From: an uncultured delta proteobacterium
GTDB lineage: Bacteria; Desulfobacterota; Binatia; Binatales; Binataceae
Assembly: GCA_963711565.1 (NCBI GenBank)
Contig: CAVQEQ010000004.1
Coordinates: 832,001-896,000, forward strand
DNA length: 64,000 bases
Direction of reading: 5' to 3'
Notes under the pieces: model-generated
Told to the model about the DNA's origin: nothing
Seen by the model: only the letters and a program-made list of their open reading frames with translations
Databases searched by the model: none
Program-made: the position numbers and the translations under genes
Shown: piece after piece, positions 36,917 to 45,626 of the stretch
How the letters are laid out: every line of letters starts with the position of its first letter
Numbering within the stretch: position 1 is the first letter of the stretch

Positions 36917-38482
36917 CTATCTGACGGCGAAGATGCGGCCGGTCGATGTCCCGACGTAGAGCATCCCCGACGGCGACGATGCGGCCGTCGCGATCTTGCC
37001 GAAGCTTCGCAACGTCCAGACGTAGGTGCCGTCGCCCGTCAGCACCGCCCCGACGTCGCCGGTCGCCGCGTCGAACACGCCGTCGTCGCCAACCACGCTC
37101 AATCCGGCGTCGCCCGGTTTCAGCGACGAGTTTTCCCATTGGACCTGCCCGTCGGCATTGACGCTATAAATCGTATCTGAGCCGGCGAAGATTGCGCCCG
37201 ATGGAGCGACAACAGGTCCAGCCGTGACCGCATTCGCGGAGTTGCTGTGCCATAGCGGATTGCCGGTACGCGAATCGATTGCATATATGCCGCCGCCCAC
37301 CGAGCCCGCGTAAACCACGTCATCTGAGTAAGCAACCGATCCCGAAAATCCGCCGTCAGGCTGGAACGTCCACACTACGGCGCCGTCCGCCGCGAGTGCC
37401 GAGACCGCGCCGCGCGAGGTTCCCACCACGACCCCGTCTGGAGTCGCCGCCGCACTGGTCACCGGTCCGATGCTCACGCGCCAATTGAGAGAGCCGCCGG
37501 TGCTGACGGACACGAGGTCGCCGCCGACCGAAGCGTAAATCGCGCGATCGGTTGCCGCGAGCGGTCCCGCGCTATCGCCAATTTCAAGATTCCAGAGCGT
37601 CGCGCCGTCAGGACCGATCGCGGCAAGTGCCGACTTGGACACCATCGCGACCACCGTTCCGTCCGGCAACACCACTGGTGACGAACCGTCGGCAGAGCGG
37701 TGCATGGTTTCCTTGCCCGCGGAATTCAGCCCGTGCAGCACGCCGTCGCGCGTAATGAAGAATATCGAGCCGCCGGCGCCGGTCGCGATTCGTCCTCGTA
37801 GTTCCGCGCCCGCGTCGAAGGTCCACATCAGGACACCCGCACTCCGCGCCGACGGCGCAGGCGTGCTGGAGGCTGCCGGCGCCAGGGCGCCACCCGGCGT
37901 CGCCGTTGGAGTCGCAATAGGCGTGGGGCACATGAAGGCGGTTCCGCCGGGGCCGCACGTGGCGAGGTTGTCGTAAACACCGATCGCAAGAAACTGACTG
38001 CTCACACCGGAACTGCTCGCAAGGATGCAGACGCATCCGGCAAATCCGGTCGTATAAACGCCGCCCAAGTCGCCGGACGGCGGCGCCAGCAGCACAGTGT
38101 TGTCGGTGGAGGTCCAAAGTGTGGCCGCTCCCGCGGTGATATCCACGTACTTGATTCTTTTGTTCCTGATGAAGGTACCGATCGCATTAAATGAGATCGT
38201 CCCGCCGGTCGGCACGCTGCCAGGCTCAATGTTGGTTGGACTTGCTGACGGCCGCGGCGTCAGCGTGGGCGTCACGCTGTTTTTGGGAGTGGGGAACACT
38301 GTGGGCGTGGGCGAGGGCGGAGCGCCGGTCGAGATCGTGATCGCTTCGAGCGCGAAGCCAGGACTTGGAGTTGGAAGAGTTCCGCCGCTACCACCGCTGC
38401 CGCAACTGAGCAGGATTGCTCCGAACACGAACAACACCACCGGCGCAACCACCAGCAATCTAAGCCACCGCGACAACATCAA
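36917..38482 (-). CDS. Lipoprotein with Pro/Thr linkers and PQQ-like beta-propeller repeats
   Basis: Lipobox LLSC; repeated A…dG…W motifs. Confidence 0.85.
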   Translation of the reverse strand: MMLSRWLRLLVVAPVVLFVFGAILLSCGSGGSGGTLPTPSPGFALEAITISTGAPPSPTPTVFPTPKNSVTPTLTPRPSASPTNIEPGSVPTGGTISFNAIGTFIRNKRIKYVDITAGAATLWTSTDNTVLLAPPSGDLGGVYTTGFAGCVCILASSSGVSSQFLAIGVYDNLATCGPGGTAFMCPTPIATPTATPGGALAPAASSTPAPSARSAGVLMWTFDAGAELRGRIATGAGGSIFFITRDGVLHGLNSAGKETMHRSADGSSPVVLPDGTVVAMVSKSALAAIGPDGATLWNLEIGDSAGPLAATDRAIYASVGGDLVSVSTGGSLNWRVSIGPVTSAAATPDGVVVGTSRGAVSALAADGAVVWTFQPDGGFSGSVAYSDDVVYAGSVGGGIYAIDSRTGNPLWHSNSANAVTAGPVVAPSGAIFAGSDTIYSVNADGQVQWENSSLKPGDAGLSVVGDDGVFDAATGDVGAVLTGDGTYVWTLRSFGKIATAASSPSGMLYVGTSTGRIFAVR

Positions 38483-38576
38483 GCCATGAGCTATGACTGA
38501 TGCAATCGCGCGCTGTCAAGTTGAACAGCGATTTCGGCTTGCGAAGACCTTCCGAAAAGCCAGTCTGTATTCGCTT

Positions 38577-38725
38577 AAAACAAAAAATGGCGGGCATCTG
38601 AAGAGGGGGGGACTCTCCAATGCCCGCCTGTTCGTAGCGGCCGTCCGCGTACGCTGCGGACGGAAACCGGTTGATTGGGAGGAACAAACCAACCGGCCAG
38701 GTGCCAGAGCCGTGCGCACCTGTCT
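38577..38725 (-). ncRNA. Candidate four-hairpin sRNA with anti-SD / C-rich loops
   Basis: Stems at 38698-38722, 38667-38696, 38641-38663 and 38589-38628, then a U tract; ends are inferred. Confidence 0.55.
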
Positions 38726-38827
38726 ATTGAGACGATTCAATTCGGTGATTATTCAAAGACAAAAAAGTTTTCATTTGCACGTACCGTCAGTCGGACTAGA
38801 CTCGGCGCCGGAGGGTACGAAAAAGCT

Positions 38828-39835
38828 ATGGAATATCGGCGATTAGGTGGAACCGGGCTCAAAGTTTCGGAACTTTGTCTGGGATGCATGACGTTTGGAC
38901 GTGAGACTGACGAAAAAACTGCGGGAAAAATTCTTGACCGGTTTATTGAAGTCGGCGGCAATTTCCTCGACACCGCGAACGTTTACGCAGCCGGCGCGTC
39001 GGAGGAAATTCTCGGGCGAATTCTCGGCGAGCGCCGAAAAGATTTGATTGTCGCGACGAAAGTCCGTTTCAACGCAAATATTTTCATGGGCAAGACGGTC
39101 GCCCCGAATCAAATCGGCCTCTCGCGCGGCCATATCATGTCGGAAGTCGAGGCGAGCCTGCGCCGATTGAAGATGGACTACATCGATCTTTACCAGGTGC
39201 ATTCTTGGGACTTCGAAACGCCGATTGAAGAGACGATGCGCGCGCTGGACGACCTCGTGCGCCACGGCAAGGTGAGATACATCGGCGCGTCGAATTTTAC
39301 GGCGTGGCAACTGATGAAGAGTCTGTGGGTCAGCGATAAACGCGACTTCGCGCGCTTTGATTGCCTGCAGCCGCAATACAGCCTGATATCGCGCGAGATC
39401 GAGCGCGAGATTTTGCCGCTGTGCCGCTACGAAGGCGTCGGCGTGATTCCGTGGAGTCCGCTCGGAGGTGGATTTCTGACCGGCAAGTATCGTTCGGGTC
39501 AGCGTCCGCCCGAGGATAGCCGCCTCGCGAAGATGGATATGTGGAATCGCCTCGCCGACGAACGCAATTACAAGACGCTCGAAGCGGTCGAGCACGTGGC
39601 GAAGGAACGCGGCCGTCCAATCTCGCAGGTCGCGCTCGCGTGGGTGAATCAGCAGCCGGGTGTCAGCTCGGTGATTTACGGCGCGCGGACCGAAGAGCAG
39701 AACGAGCAGAATCTCGGCGCCATCGGATTTCGGCTCGAGGCGGCGGAGCTCGCGGCGCTCAACAAGGCGAGCGCGTTGCCGCCCGAGTATCCCGACGCGA
39801 TGCAAGCGCGGCTGCCCGGTTATCCGCGCCAGTAA
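38828..39835 (+). CDS. Aldo/keto reductase
   Basis: LGCMTFG, DTANVY, SLRRLKMDYIDLY, PWSPLGGG; ATG 38828. Confidence 0.95.
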   Translation: MEYRRLGGTGLKVSELCLGCMTFGRETDEKTAGKILDRFIEVGGNFLDTANVYAAGASEEILGRILGERRKDLIVATKVRFNANIFMGKTVAPNQIGLSRGHIMSEVEASLRRLKMDYIDLYQVHSWDFETPIEETMRALDDLVRHGKVRYIGASNFTAWQLMKSLWVSDKRDFARFDCLQPQYSLISREIEREILPLCRYEGVGVIPWSPLGGGFLTGKYRSGQRPPEDSRLAKMDMWNRLADERNYKTLEAVEHVAKERGRPISQVALAWVNQQPGVSSVIYGARTEEQNEQNLGAIGFRLEAAELAALNKASALPPEYPDAMQARLPGYPRQ

Positions 39836-39843
39836 AGAGATTT

Positions 39844-39914
39844 GTAGGACGGAATTTATTCCGTCGCTCTTGTCGCCGTTGCCGCGCCGGATGACGGAAT
39901 AAATTCCGTCCTAC
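39844..39914. repeat. GTAG-family REP doublet (REPIN-like)
   Basis: GTAGGACGGAATTTATTCCGTC at 39844-39865 and its exact reverse complement at 39893-39914. Confidence 0.9.
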
Positions 39915-39921
39915 GGTGCAG

Positions 39922-40770
39922 TCACCCTTGAAACGATGGGCCTATGAAGCTGCGCGGCGGCATCGCCTGCGCCGCTGCGGAGCTCTGTCCGTCGATCGGA
40001 GAGAACTGGCTGCCGACCGTCAGGCCGCCATCTACGATCATCGCTTGCCCCGTTACAAATTCCGAATCGTCGCTGGCGAGGTACAACGCCATCCCGGCAA
40101 TATCCTCCGGATGGCCGGCACGCTGAATCGGCTGCGCCTTCGCCATCAACTGTTCCATCGCGTCCTTCACGCCCGGCATATTGCGATGCAGTATCGGCGT
40201 GTTGATGCCGCCGGGGCAGATGCAGTTGACGCGGATCTTGTCCTTGGCAAATTCCAACGAGGCCGATCGCGTCAGGTTCACCACGCCGGCCTTCGCCGCG
40301 CAATAGGCATGCAATCCGTTGAAGCCGCGGATGCCCGCGACTGACGCGGTCGAGATTATCGAGCCGCCGCCAACTTTGCGCATCTCGGGCACCGCATGCT
40401 TCATGCCCAGGAACACACCGCGCAGCAGCACCGCTTGGCTCTTGTCCCAGTCTTCGACGGAGATTTGTTCGAGCGGTCCGACCGCGCCGCCGATTCCGGC
40501 GTTGTTATAGAGGATGTCGAGACGGCCGAACTCCGTGATGGCGCGTGCGATGAGCGCCTTGATTTCCGTTTCGGCGGAGACGTCGGTTTTCTGGAAGACC
40601 GCGCGCCCAGCGTTCTCCTTGCAATCGCGAACCGCGGATTCGCCGCCTTCGACATTTAGGTCCGCGATTACAACTGCGGCACCTTCGCCTGCGAACTTGA
40701 TTGCGGTCGCGCGCCCGATACCACTCGCCGCGCCCGTGATTACGGCCACTTTGCCCTTAAGCCTGTCCAT
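39922..40770 (-). CDS. Classical SDR oxidoreductase
   Basis: TGAASGIG, NNAG, YCAAK. Confidence 0.95.
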   Translation of the reverse strand: MDRLKGKVAVITGAASGIGRATAIKFAGEGAAVVIADLNVEGGESAVRDCKENAGRAVFQKTDVSAETEIKALIARAITEFGRLDILYNNAGIGGAVGPLEQISVEDWDKSQAVLLRGVFLGMKHAVPEMRKVGGGSIISTASVAGIRGFNGLHAYCAAKAGVVNLTRSASLEFAKDKIRVNCICPGGINTPILHRNMPGVKDAMEQLMAKAQPIQRAGHPEDIAGMALYLASDDSEFVTGQAMIVDGGLTVGSQFSPIDGQSSAAAQAMPPRSFIGPSFQG

Positions 40771-40840
40771 TTCAGATTTCCTCTTGCTTGAAAAATTAGG
40801 TTGCGACGCACATGACTCCTATCGAAGTAAGTACCCGACC

Positions 40841-40867
40841 GCAACTTTTCGCGGGCTCGTTCGTCTT
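40841..40867 (+). promoter_or_regulatory. ECF sigma-type promoter
   Basis: GCAAC-N16-CGTCTT upstream of the Spy-like/ECF/anti-sigma operon. Confidence 0.6.
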
Positions 40868-40909
40868 GCAGACAAAGAACACGCGGCAATAGCCCGAGGG
40901 GTGATGAAT

Positions 40910-41422
40910 ATGTGGAAATCCAGATTCTCGATTCCGATCGCGATTGCGATTCTCGGCGGTTGCGTCAACGCGGGCGTCGCGCGTGCGCAGGATATGATGG
41001 GACCGCCGCCCGGGGGCCCGATGGGCGGACCGCCGCCGGTTCCGCCGCCTCTGATGATGGCGCTGCGCGCGGCAGCTCTGACTCCCGCGCAGCAAAAGCA
41101 AGTTCATGAAATTATGAACGCGAGCCGCACGAGCAGCGAACCGCAGATGCAGCAGATGCACTCGATCCGCGATCAGATTGCGGACAAGCTGCTATCATCG
41201 GGCAGCGTGAGCGCGTCGGACTTGGCGCCTTTGCTGGCGCAGCAGACGGCGATCCAGCAGCAGCTCGATAATCAAATGATATCGACGGCGCTTCAGATTC
41301 GCGGCGTCCTGACATCCGACCAGTTGAGCAGAGTGGCGTCGGTGCACGACAAGCTCAAAGCAATCCATTCGCAGATCGATTCGATTCTCGGACCGCCGCC
41401 AGATGCGCCACCGATCCCTTAA
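40910..41422 (+). CDS. Spy/CpxP-like periplasmic protein (LTxxQ motifs)
   Basis: Signal peptide, Met/Pro-rich segment, LTPAQQ and LTSDQ; start after GAGGGG. Confidence 0.85.
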   Translation: MWKSRFSIPIAIAILGGCVNAGVARAQDMMGPPPGGPMGGPPPVPPPLMMALRAAALTPAQQKQVHEIMNASRTSSEPQMQQMHSIRDQIADKLLSSGSVSASDLAPLLAQQTAIQQQLDNQMISTALQIRGVLTSDQLSRVASVHDKLKAIHSQIDSILGPPPDAPPIP

Positions 41423-41429
41423 CACTGCG

Positions 41430-41978
41430 ATGCGCCACGAGCCCGCGCCCGATCTCGCCGCGACGATCGAGAGGGCGCGGGCCGGCGATCAGGCGGCAAT
41501 CCGCACGCTCATCGAGCTCTATCAGGGACGCGTGGGGCGATTTGTGCTCGCGATGCTCGGCGATGACAGCGAGTGGGAAGATGTCGCGCAGGCTACTTTC
41601 GTCAAGATGATGCTGGGAATCGAGCGGCTGCAAGCCGGCGACATTTTCGAGTCGTGGCTCTTCAGGATCGCGCGCAATGCATCGCTCGACCATCTCAGGC
41701 GACGGCGATGGCGCCGGCTGTTCACGTCGTGGGAGCCGCATCACGGCGAGGTCGCTGCGCCCGTGCGCGAGATCGAGGATCGGCGCCTGGTTCAAGTGGA
41801 GCGCGAGCTGAGGAAACTGCCGGTCGATCAGCGCGAACTCATTTTGCTCATGCGCGAGAACGACTGGAGCTACGGCGATCTCGCGCGCATAACCGGAGTC
41901 ACTGCCACCGCGGTCAAGTCGCGGCTGTTCCGCGCGCGCAGCCGCCTCCGCGCGCTGATGAACGGAGATGAATCATGA
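41430..41978 (+). CDS. ECF RNA polymerase sigma factor
   Basis: EDVAQATF, WLFRIARN, SY.DLA…VKSRLFRAR. Confidence 0.93.
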   Translation: MRHEPAPDLAATIERARAGDQAAIRTLIELYQGRVGRFVLAMLGDDSEWEDVAQATFVKMMLGIERLQAGDIFESWLFRIARNASLDHLRRRRWRRLFTSWEPHHGEVAAPVREIEDRRLVQVERELRKLPVDQRELILLMRENDWSYGDLARITGVTATAVKSRLFRARSRLRALMNGDES

Positions 41979-42388
41979 GAGATGAAAGATTCCCCTGGAC
42001 CGATGTCGGGCAGGGGCCGGAGCCGCGGTTGTCCGCCGATTTTGCCTCGCGCGTGATCGATAAGGCACACGCGGCTCGAGCACGAAAGCGTCGTGCAAAG
42101 ATCGAGCTCGGCGTTACGGCAGGACTCGCCGCGATCGTCGCATTGTCTCTCCTGATGCGCACGACGACACCCTCGAATCAACAAGCTTCACGCGGTGTTG
42201 CACCGTCGCGCGCAATCTCCGATCTCGACACCTTCAGCTGGAGCGACAATCCAGACCCCGATGTGCTCGGGGTCCTCATGCCGAGTGCGCTGCAGGCAGA
42301 GAAGTTCGACGCGTACTACGGCACGGCTCCATGGGACACCTACGCAAGTTGGGATCCCGATTCGTACGACGCGTCGCGCACCCGCTGA
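41975..42388 (+). CDS. Putative single-TM anti-sigma factor
   Basis: ATGA overlap with sigma; DFASRV followed by one TM helix. Confidence 0.75.
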   Translation: MRDERFPWTDVGQGPEPRLSADFASRVIDKAHAARARKRRAKIELGVTAGLAAIVALSLLMRTTTPSNQQASRGVAPSRAISDLDTFSWSDNPDPDVLGVLMPSALQAEKFDAYYGTAPWDTYASWDPDSYDASRTR

Positions 42389-42407
42389 TCACATTTCACG
42401 CGAAGCT

Positions 42408-43232
42408 TCAAACCTCAAACGACGGGCCGGAGAAGCCGCTGTCCGGCAGGCCCGCCATGCGGAAGCGCGCGTTGCCGGTGTTGATTCCGCCGTCAACGAC
42501 CATTGCGGTGCCGCTGATCCAGTCCGCTTCGTCGCTGGCGAGGAACAGCGCCATCGTGGCGATATCGTCGGGCTTACCGGCGCGCGGTATCGGCTGCATT
42601 CTCGCCATCGCCTTCTCCGAGCGTTCCTCGCCGCCGGGAACCCCGCGATGTATCAGCGGAGTGTTGACGCCGCCGGGGCAGATGCAGTTGACGCGAATCT
42701 TGTCGTGGCCGACTTCGATCGCGACCGCCTGCGTCAGGTTCACAACCGCCGCCTTGGCCGCACTGTATGCGGCGAGATAGCCGACGCCGCGTAGTCCCGC
42801 GACCGACGCCGTCGAGATGATCGACCCGCCGCCCGCCTTGCGCATCTCGGGGATCGAGTACTTCATGCCGAGGAACGCCGCGCGAAGCAGCACGGCGATC
42901 GTTTTGTCGAAGTCCGCCGATGCGACCTTCTCGATCGGCCCGACCGCGCCCGCGACGCCCGCGTTGTTGAACATGATGTCGAGCCGGCCGTATTCCTTGA
43001 CCGCGCGCGCGACGGCGGACTTGATATCCGCCTCACTGGTGACGTCGGTGCGCTGAAATACCGCGCGTCCGCCCGCCGCGGCACATTCGGCGACGGCGGT
43101 TTCACCGCCCTGCGCGTTCAGATCGGTGAGGACAACGCTCGCCCCTTCTTTGGCGAAGCGGAGCGCCGTCGCGCGGCCCATCCCGCTCGCGGCGCCGGTG
43201 ATAACTGCGACTTTTCCCTGGATTCTGCCCAT
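42408..43232 (-). CDS. Classical SDR oxidoreductase (paralog of 39922..40770)
   Basis: TGAASGMG, NNAG, YSAAK; ATG 43232 after AGGAGA. Confidence 0.95.
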   Translation of the reverse strand: MGRIQGKVAVITGAASGMGRATALRFAKEGASVVLTDLNAQGGETAVAECAAAGGRAVFQRTDVTSEADIKSAVARAVKEYGRLDIMFNNAGVAGAVGPIEKVASADFDKTIAVLLRAAFLGMKYSIPEMRKAGGGSIISTASVAGLRGVGYLAAYSAAKAAVVNLTQAVAIEVGHDKIRVNCICPGGVNTPLIHRGVPGGEERSEKAMARMQPIPRAGKPDDIATMALFLASDEADWISGTAMVVDGGINTGNARFRMAGLPDSGFSGPSFEV

Positions 43233-43352
43233 TGCATTTCTCCTGCGCGCATTCGGTTGCGCGATATTTCGATGCGAATCGTAAAATCTCAATAGCAATG
43301 ATTCGGGCGATTCGGGTAGAGCACCGCCTGCGATGATATAGTGGTGGCGGCC

Positions 43353-45431
43353 ATGCTCCCCGAAGATGAAAACGAAAAGCCGACGGGACCTCAGTACGGT
43401 TCGCTGATCGAGTATCCGAAAGAAGCTCCAACGCCAGGCGGCAATCCCGAGTCGCTGATTCTCGAGCACGAATCCAACGTCGTCGATCAGAAGTTAGCAG
43501 CCACTTCGACCGAACCCGGCATCTACCTGCTGCGCGATCGAGCGGGCAAGGTGCTCTACGTCGGCAAGGCGAAGTCCCTGCGCACGCGCGTCCGCGCATA
43601 CTTTCGCGAGGGCGGCGACGGGCGCTACCAGGTTCGTTTCCTGATGAAGCGCGTGCGCGACTTCGACACGATCGTCACGGCCAGCGAGAAGGAAGCGCTG
43701 ATCCTCGAGAACAACCTGATCAAGCAGTACAAGCCCAGGTACAACATCCGCCTCAAAGACGACAAATCGTACCTGAGCGCGAAGATCACCAATCACGCGT
43801 GGCCGCGAATCACCGTCACACGCAAGATCGTCAAGGATGGCGGTCACTACTTCGGCCCCTTCGGCTCGGCCGATGGGTTGCGCGAAACGATCAACGTCAT
43901 CCGCAAAGTGTTTCCGCTGCGCACCTGCACCGACGCGGTGTTCCGCAATCGCTCGCGCCCGTGCCTCGAATATCAGATCAAGCGATGCCTCGGCCCGTGC
44001 TGCCTCCCTGTAGATCGCGAAGAGTACGGCCGCCATCTGCACGCGGCGCAGATGCTGCTGGAAGGCAAAAATCTCGAGCTGCTGCGCGAGATGCGCGATC
44101 TGATGAAGGACCACGCCTCGCGGCTCGAGTTCGAGCAGGCCGCGCGAATCCGCGACCGCGTGCGCGCAATCGAGAAAACCGTCGAGCGGCAGACCGTCCT
44201 GCATCATTGGGGAATCGATGAGGACGTGTTCGGAATCTACCGCGAGGGCGGCTACATCGAGGCGATCGTGCTGATCGTGCGCGGCGGCAAACTGACCAGC
44301 ACGCAGGGATGGAGCTTCCAGGACCTGGAATTCCCGGTGCACGAAATTCTTTCCGATCTGCTGACTCAGTACTATTCGGGCGCGCGTAATATTCCCGACG
44401 AAGTGATCTTGCCGGTCGAGCTCGAGGACGCCGCCGTGCGCTCCGAGCTGCTCTCAGAGCGGCGCGGGAAGAAATGCGAAGTGTTTCAGCCGCAGCGCGG
44501 CGAGAAGCTCCGGCTGCTCGAAATGGCGATGGACAACGCGCGCCTGAGCTTCGCCTCGCGGCGCGACAACGAAAAGACGCGGGAAAAAATGCTCGAGGAC
44601 CTGCGCGTCAAGCTCGGCCTGCGCAACTCGCCCAAGCGGATGGAATGCTACGACATCTCAAATCTGCAGGGCTCGATGGTGGTCGGGTCGCAGGTGACTT
44701 TCGACGAAGGCGAGCCGCAGAAGAATCTTTATCGCCGCTACCGGATTCGCAGCTTCGAAGGCCAGGACGATTTCGCCAGCATGTACGAAGTCCTGAAGCG
44801 CCGGCTCGAACGCGCGGTGCGCGAAAACGAATACCCCGACCTGTGGGTAATCGACGGCGGCAAGGGGCAACTGAACGTCGCGCTCGAAGTGCTGCGCGAG
44901 TTCAAGCTGCTCGATCAGATCGATTGCGTGTCGCTGGCCAAGCAGCACGTGCTGAACGATCGCCGCGAAAAAGAAGTGACGAAGTCCGAAGAGCGCGTCT
45001 TCGTTCCGCGGCGCAAGGATCCGATCGTGCTGCCGAAAAACTCGACCGCGCTGTTCCTGCTCGTCAGGATTCGCGACGAAGCGCATCGATTCGCGATCAC
45101 CTACAACCGCGAGCTGCGGCGGCGCGCGCGGCTGCGCTCGGTCCTCGACGACATCGAGGGCGTCGGTCCAGTGCGGCGGCGCGCGCTGCTCCGTCATTTC
45201 GGCAGCCTCAAGCGGATTCGCGAAGCGACGGCCGACGAGATTGTGGCGGTCAAGGGCCTCAACCGCGAACTCGCCGCCGAGATTCGCCGGCACCTTGACG
45301 AAATGACTGCGCTCCTCGACGTCGAAGAGTCCGCCGATCCTGCGGATCAACTGGCTTTCCCGCTCGATTCATCCGCTATTCCCGCCGACAACCCCGCCGC
45401 GCGAGTCAATGAGACGACTGCTCGCGATTGA
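43353..45431 (+). CDS. uvrC: Excinuclease ABC subunit C
   Basis: GIY-YIG (PGIY…YVGKAK), YDISN, IDGGKGQ, RDEAHRFA, HhH. Confidence 0.97.
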   Translation: MLPEDENEKPTGPQYGSLIEYPKEAPTPGGNPESLILEHESNVVDQKLAATSTEPGIYLLRDRAGKVLYVGKAKSLRTRVRAYFREGGDGRYQVRFLMKRVRDFDTIVTASEKEALILENNLIKQYKPRYNIRLKDDKSYLSAKITNHAWPRITVTRKIVKDGGHYFGPFGSADGLRETINVIRKVFPLRTCTDAVFRNRSRPCLEYQIKRCLGPCCLPVDREEYGRHLHAAQMLLEGKNLELLREMRDLMKDHASRLEFEQAARIRDRVRAIEKTVERQTVLHHWGIDEDVFGIYREGGYIEAIVLIVRGGKLTSTQGWSFQDLEFPVHEILSDLLTQYYSGARNIPDEVILPVELEDAAVRSELLSERRGKKCEVFQPQRGEKLRLLEMAMDNARLSFASRRDNEKTREKMLEDLRVKLGLRNSPKRMECYDISNLQGSMVVGSQVTFDEGEPQKNLYRRYRIRSFEGQDDFASMYEVLKRRLERAVRENEYPDLWVIDGGKGQLNVALEVLREFKLLDQIDCVSLAKQHVLNDRREKEVTKSEERVFVPRRKDPIVLPKNSTALFLLVRIRDEAHRFAITYNRELRRRARLRSVLDDIEGVGPVRRRALLRHFGSLKRIREATADEIVAVKGLNRELAAEIRRHLDEMTALLDVEESADPADQLAFPLDSSAIPADNPAARVNETTARD

Positions 45432-45626
45432 GGTAAACGTTCTCCAGAGCACATATCGTCAGTCGCGCTGTCTATTTGTGTTGGCGCATAATCCATTAGT
45501 CAACATCAACCGCGCGCCGCCGTTAGCGCGCAAAGGAGTGCGTGACCTATCGCTGCGGGAGCACTTTCCGTCAGCCGCTCTGTCTCGCGACCGGTCGGAC
45601 TCGAATCGATCAGGCCGCGCGAGACC

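Noticed and set aside
38493-38846. 117-aa ORF and the N-terminal extension of the aldo/keto reductase ORF
   Set aside because: No motifs; the region is better explained by hairpins and promoters, and the reductase fits ATG 38828
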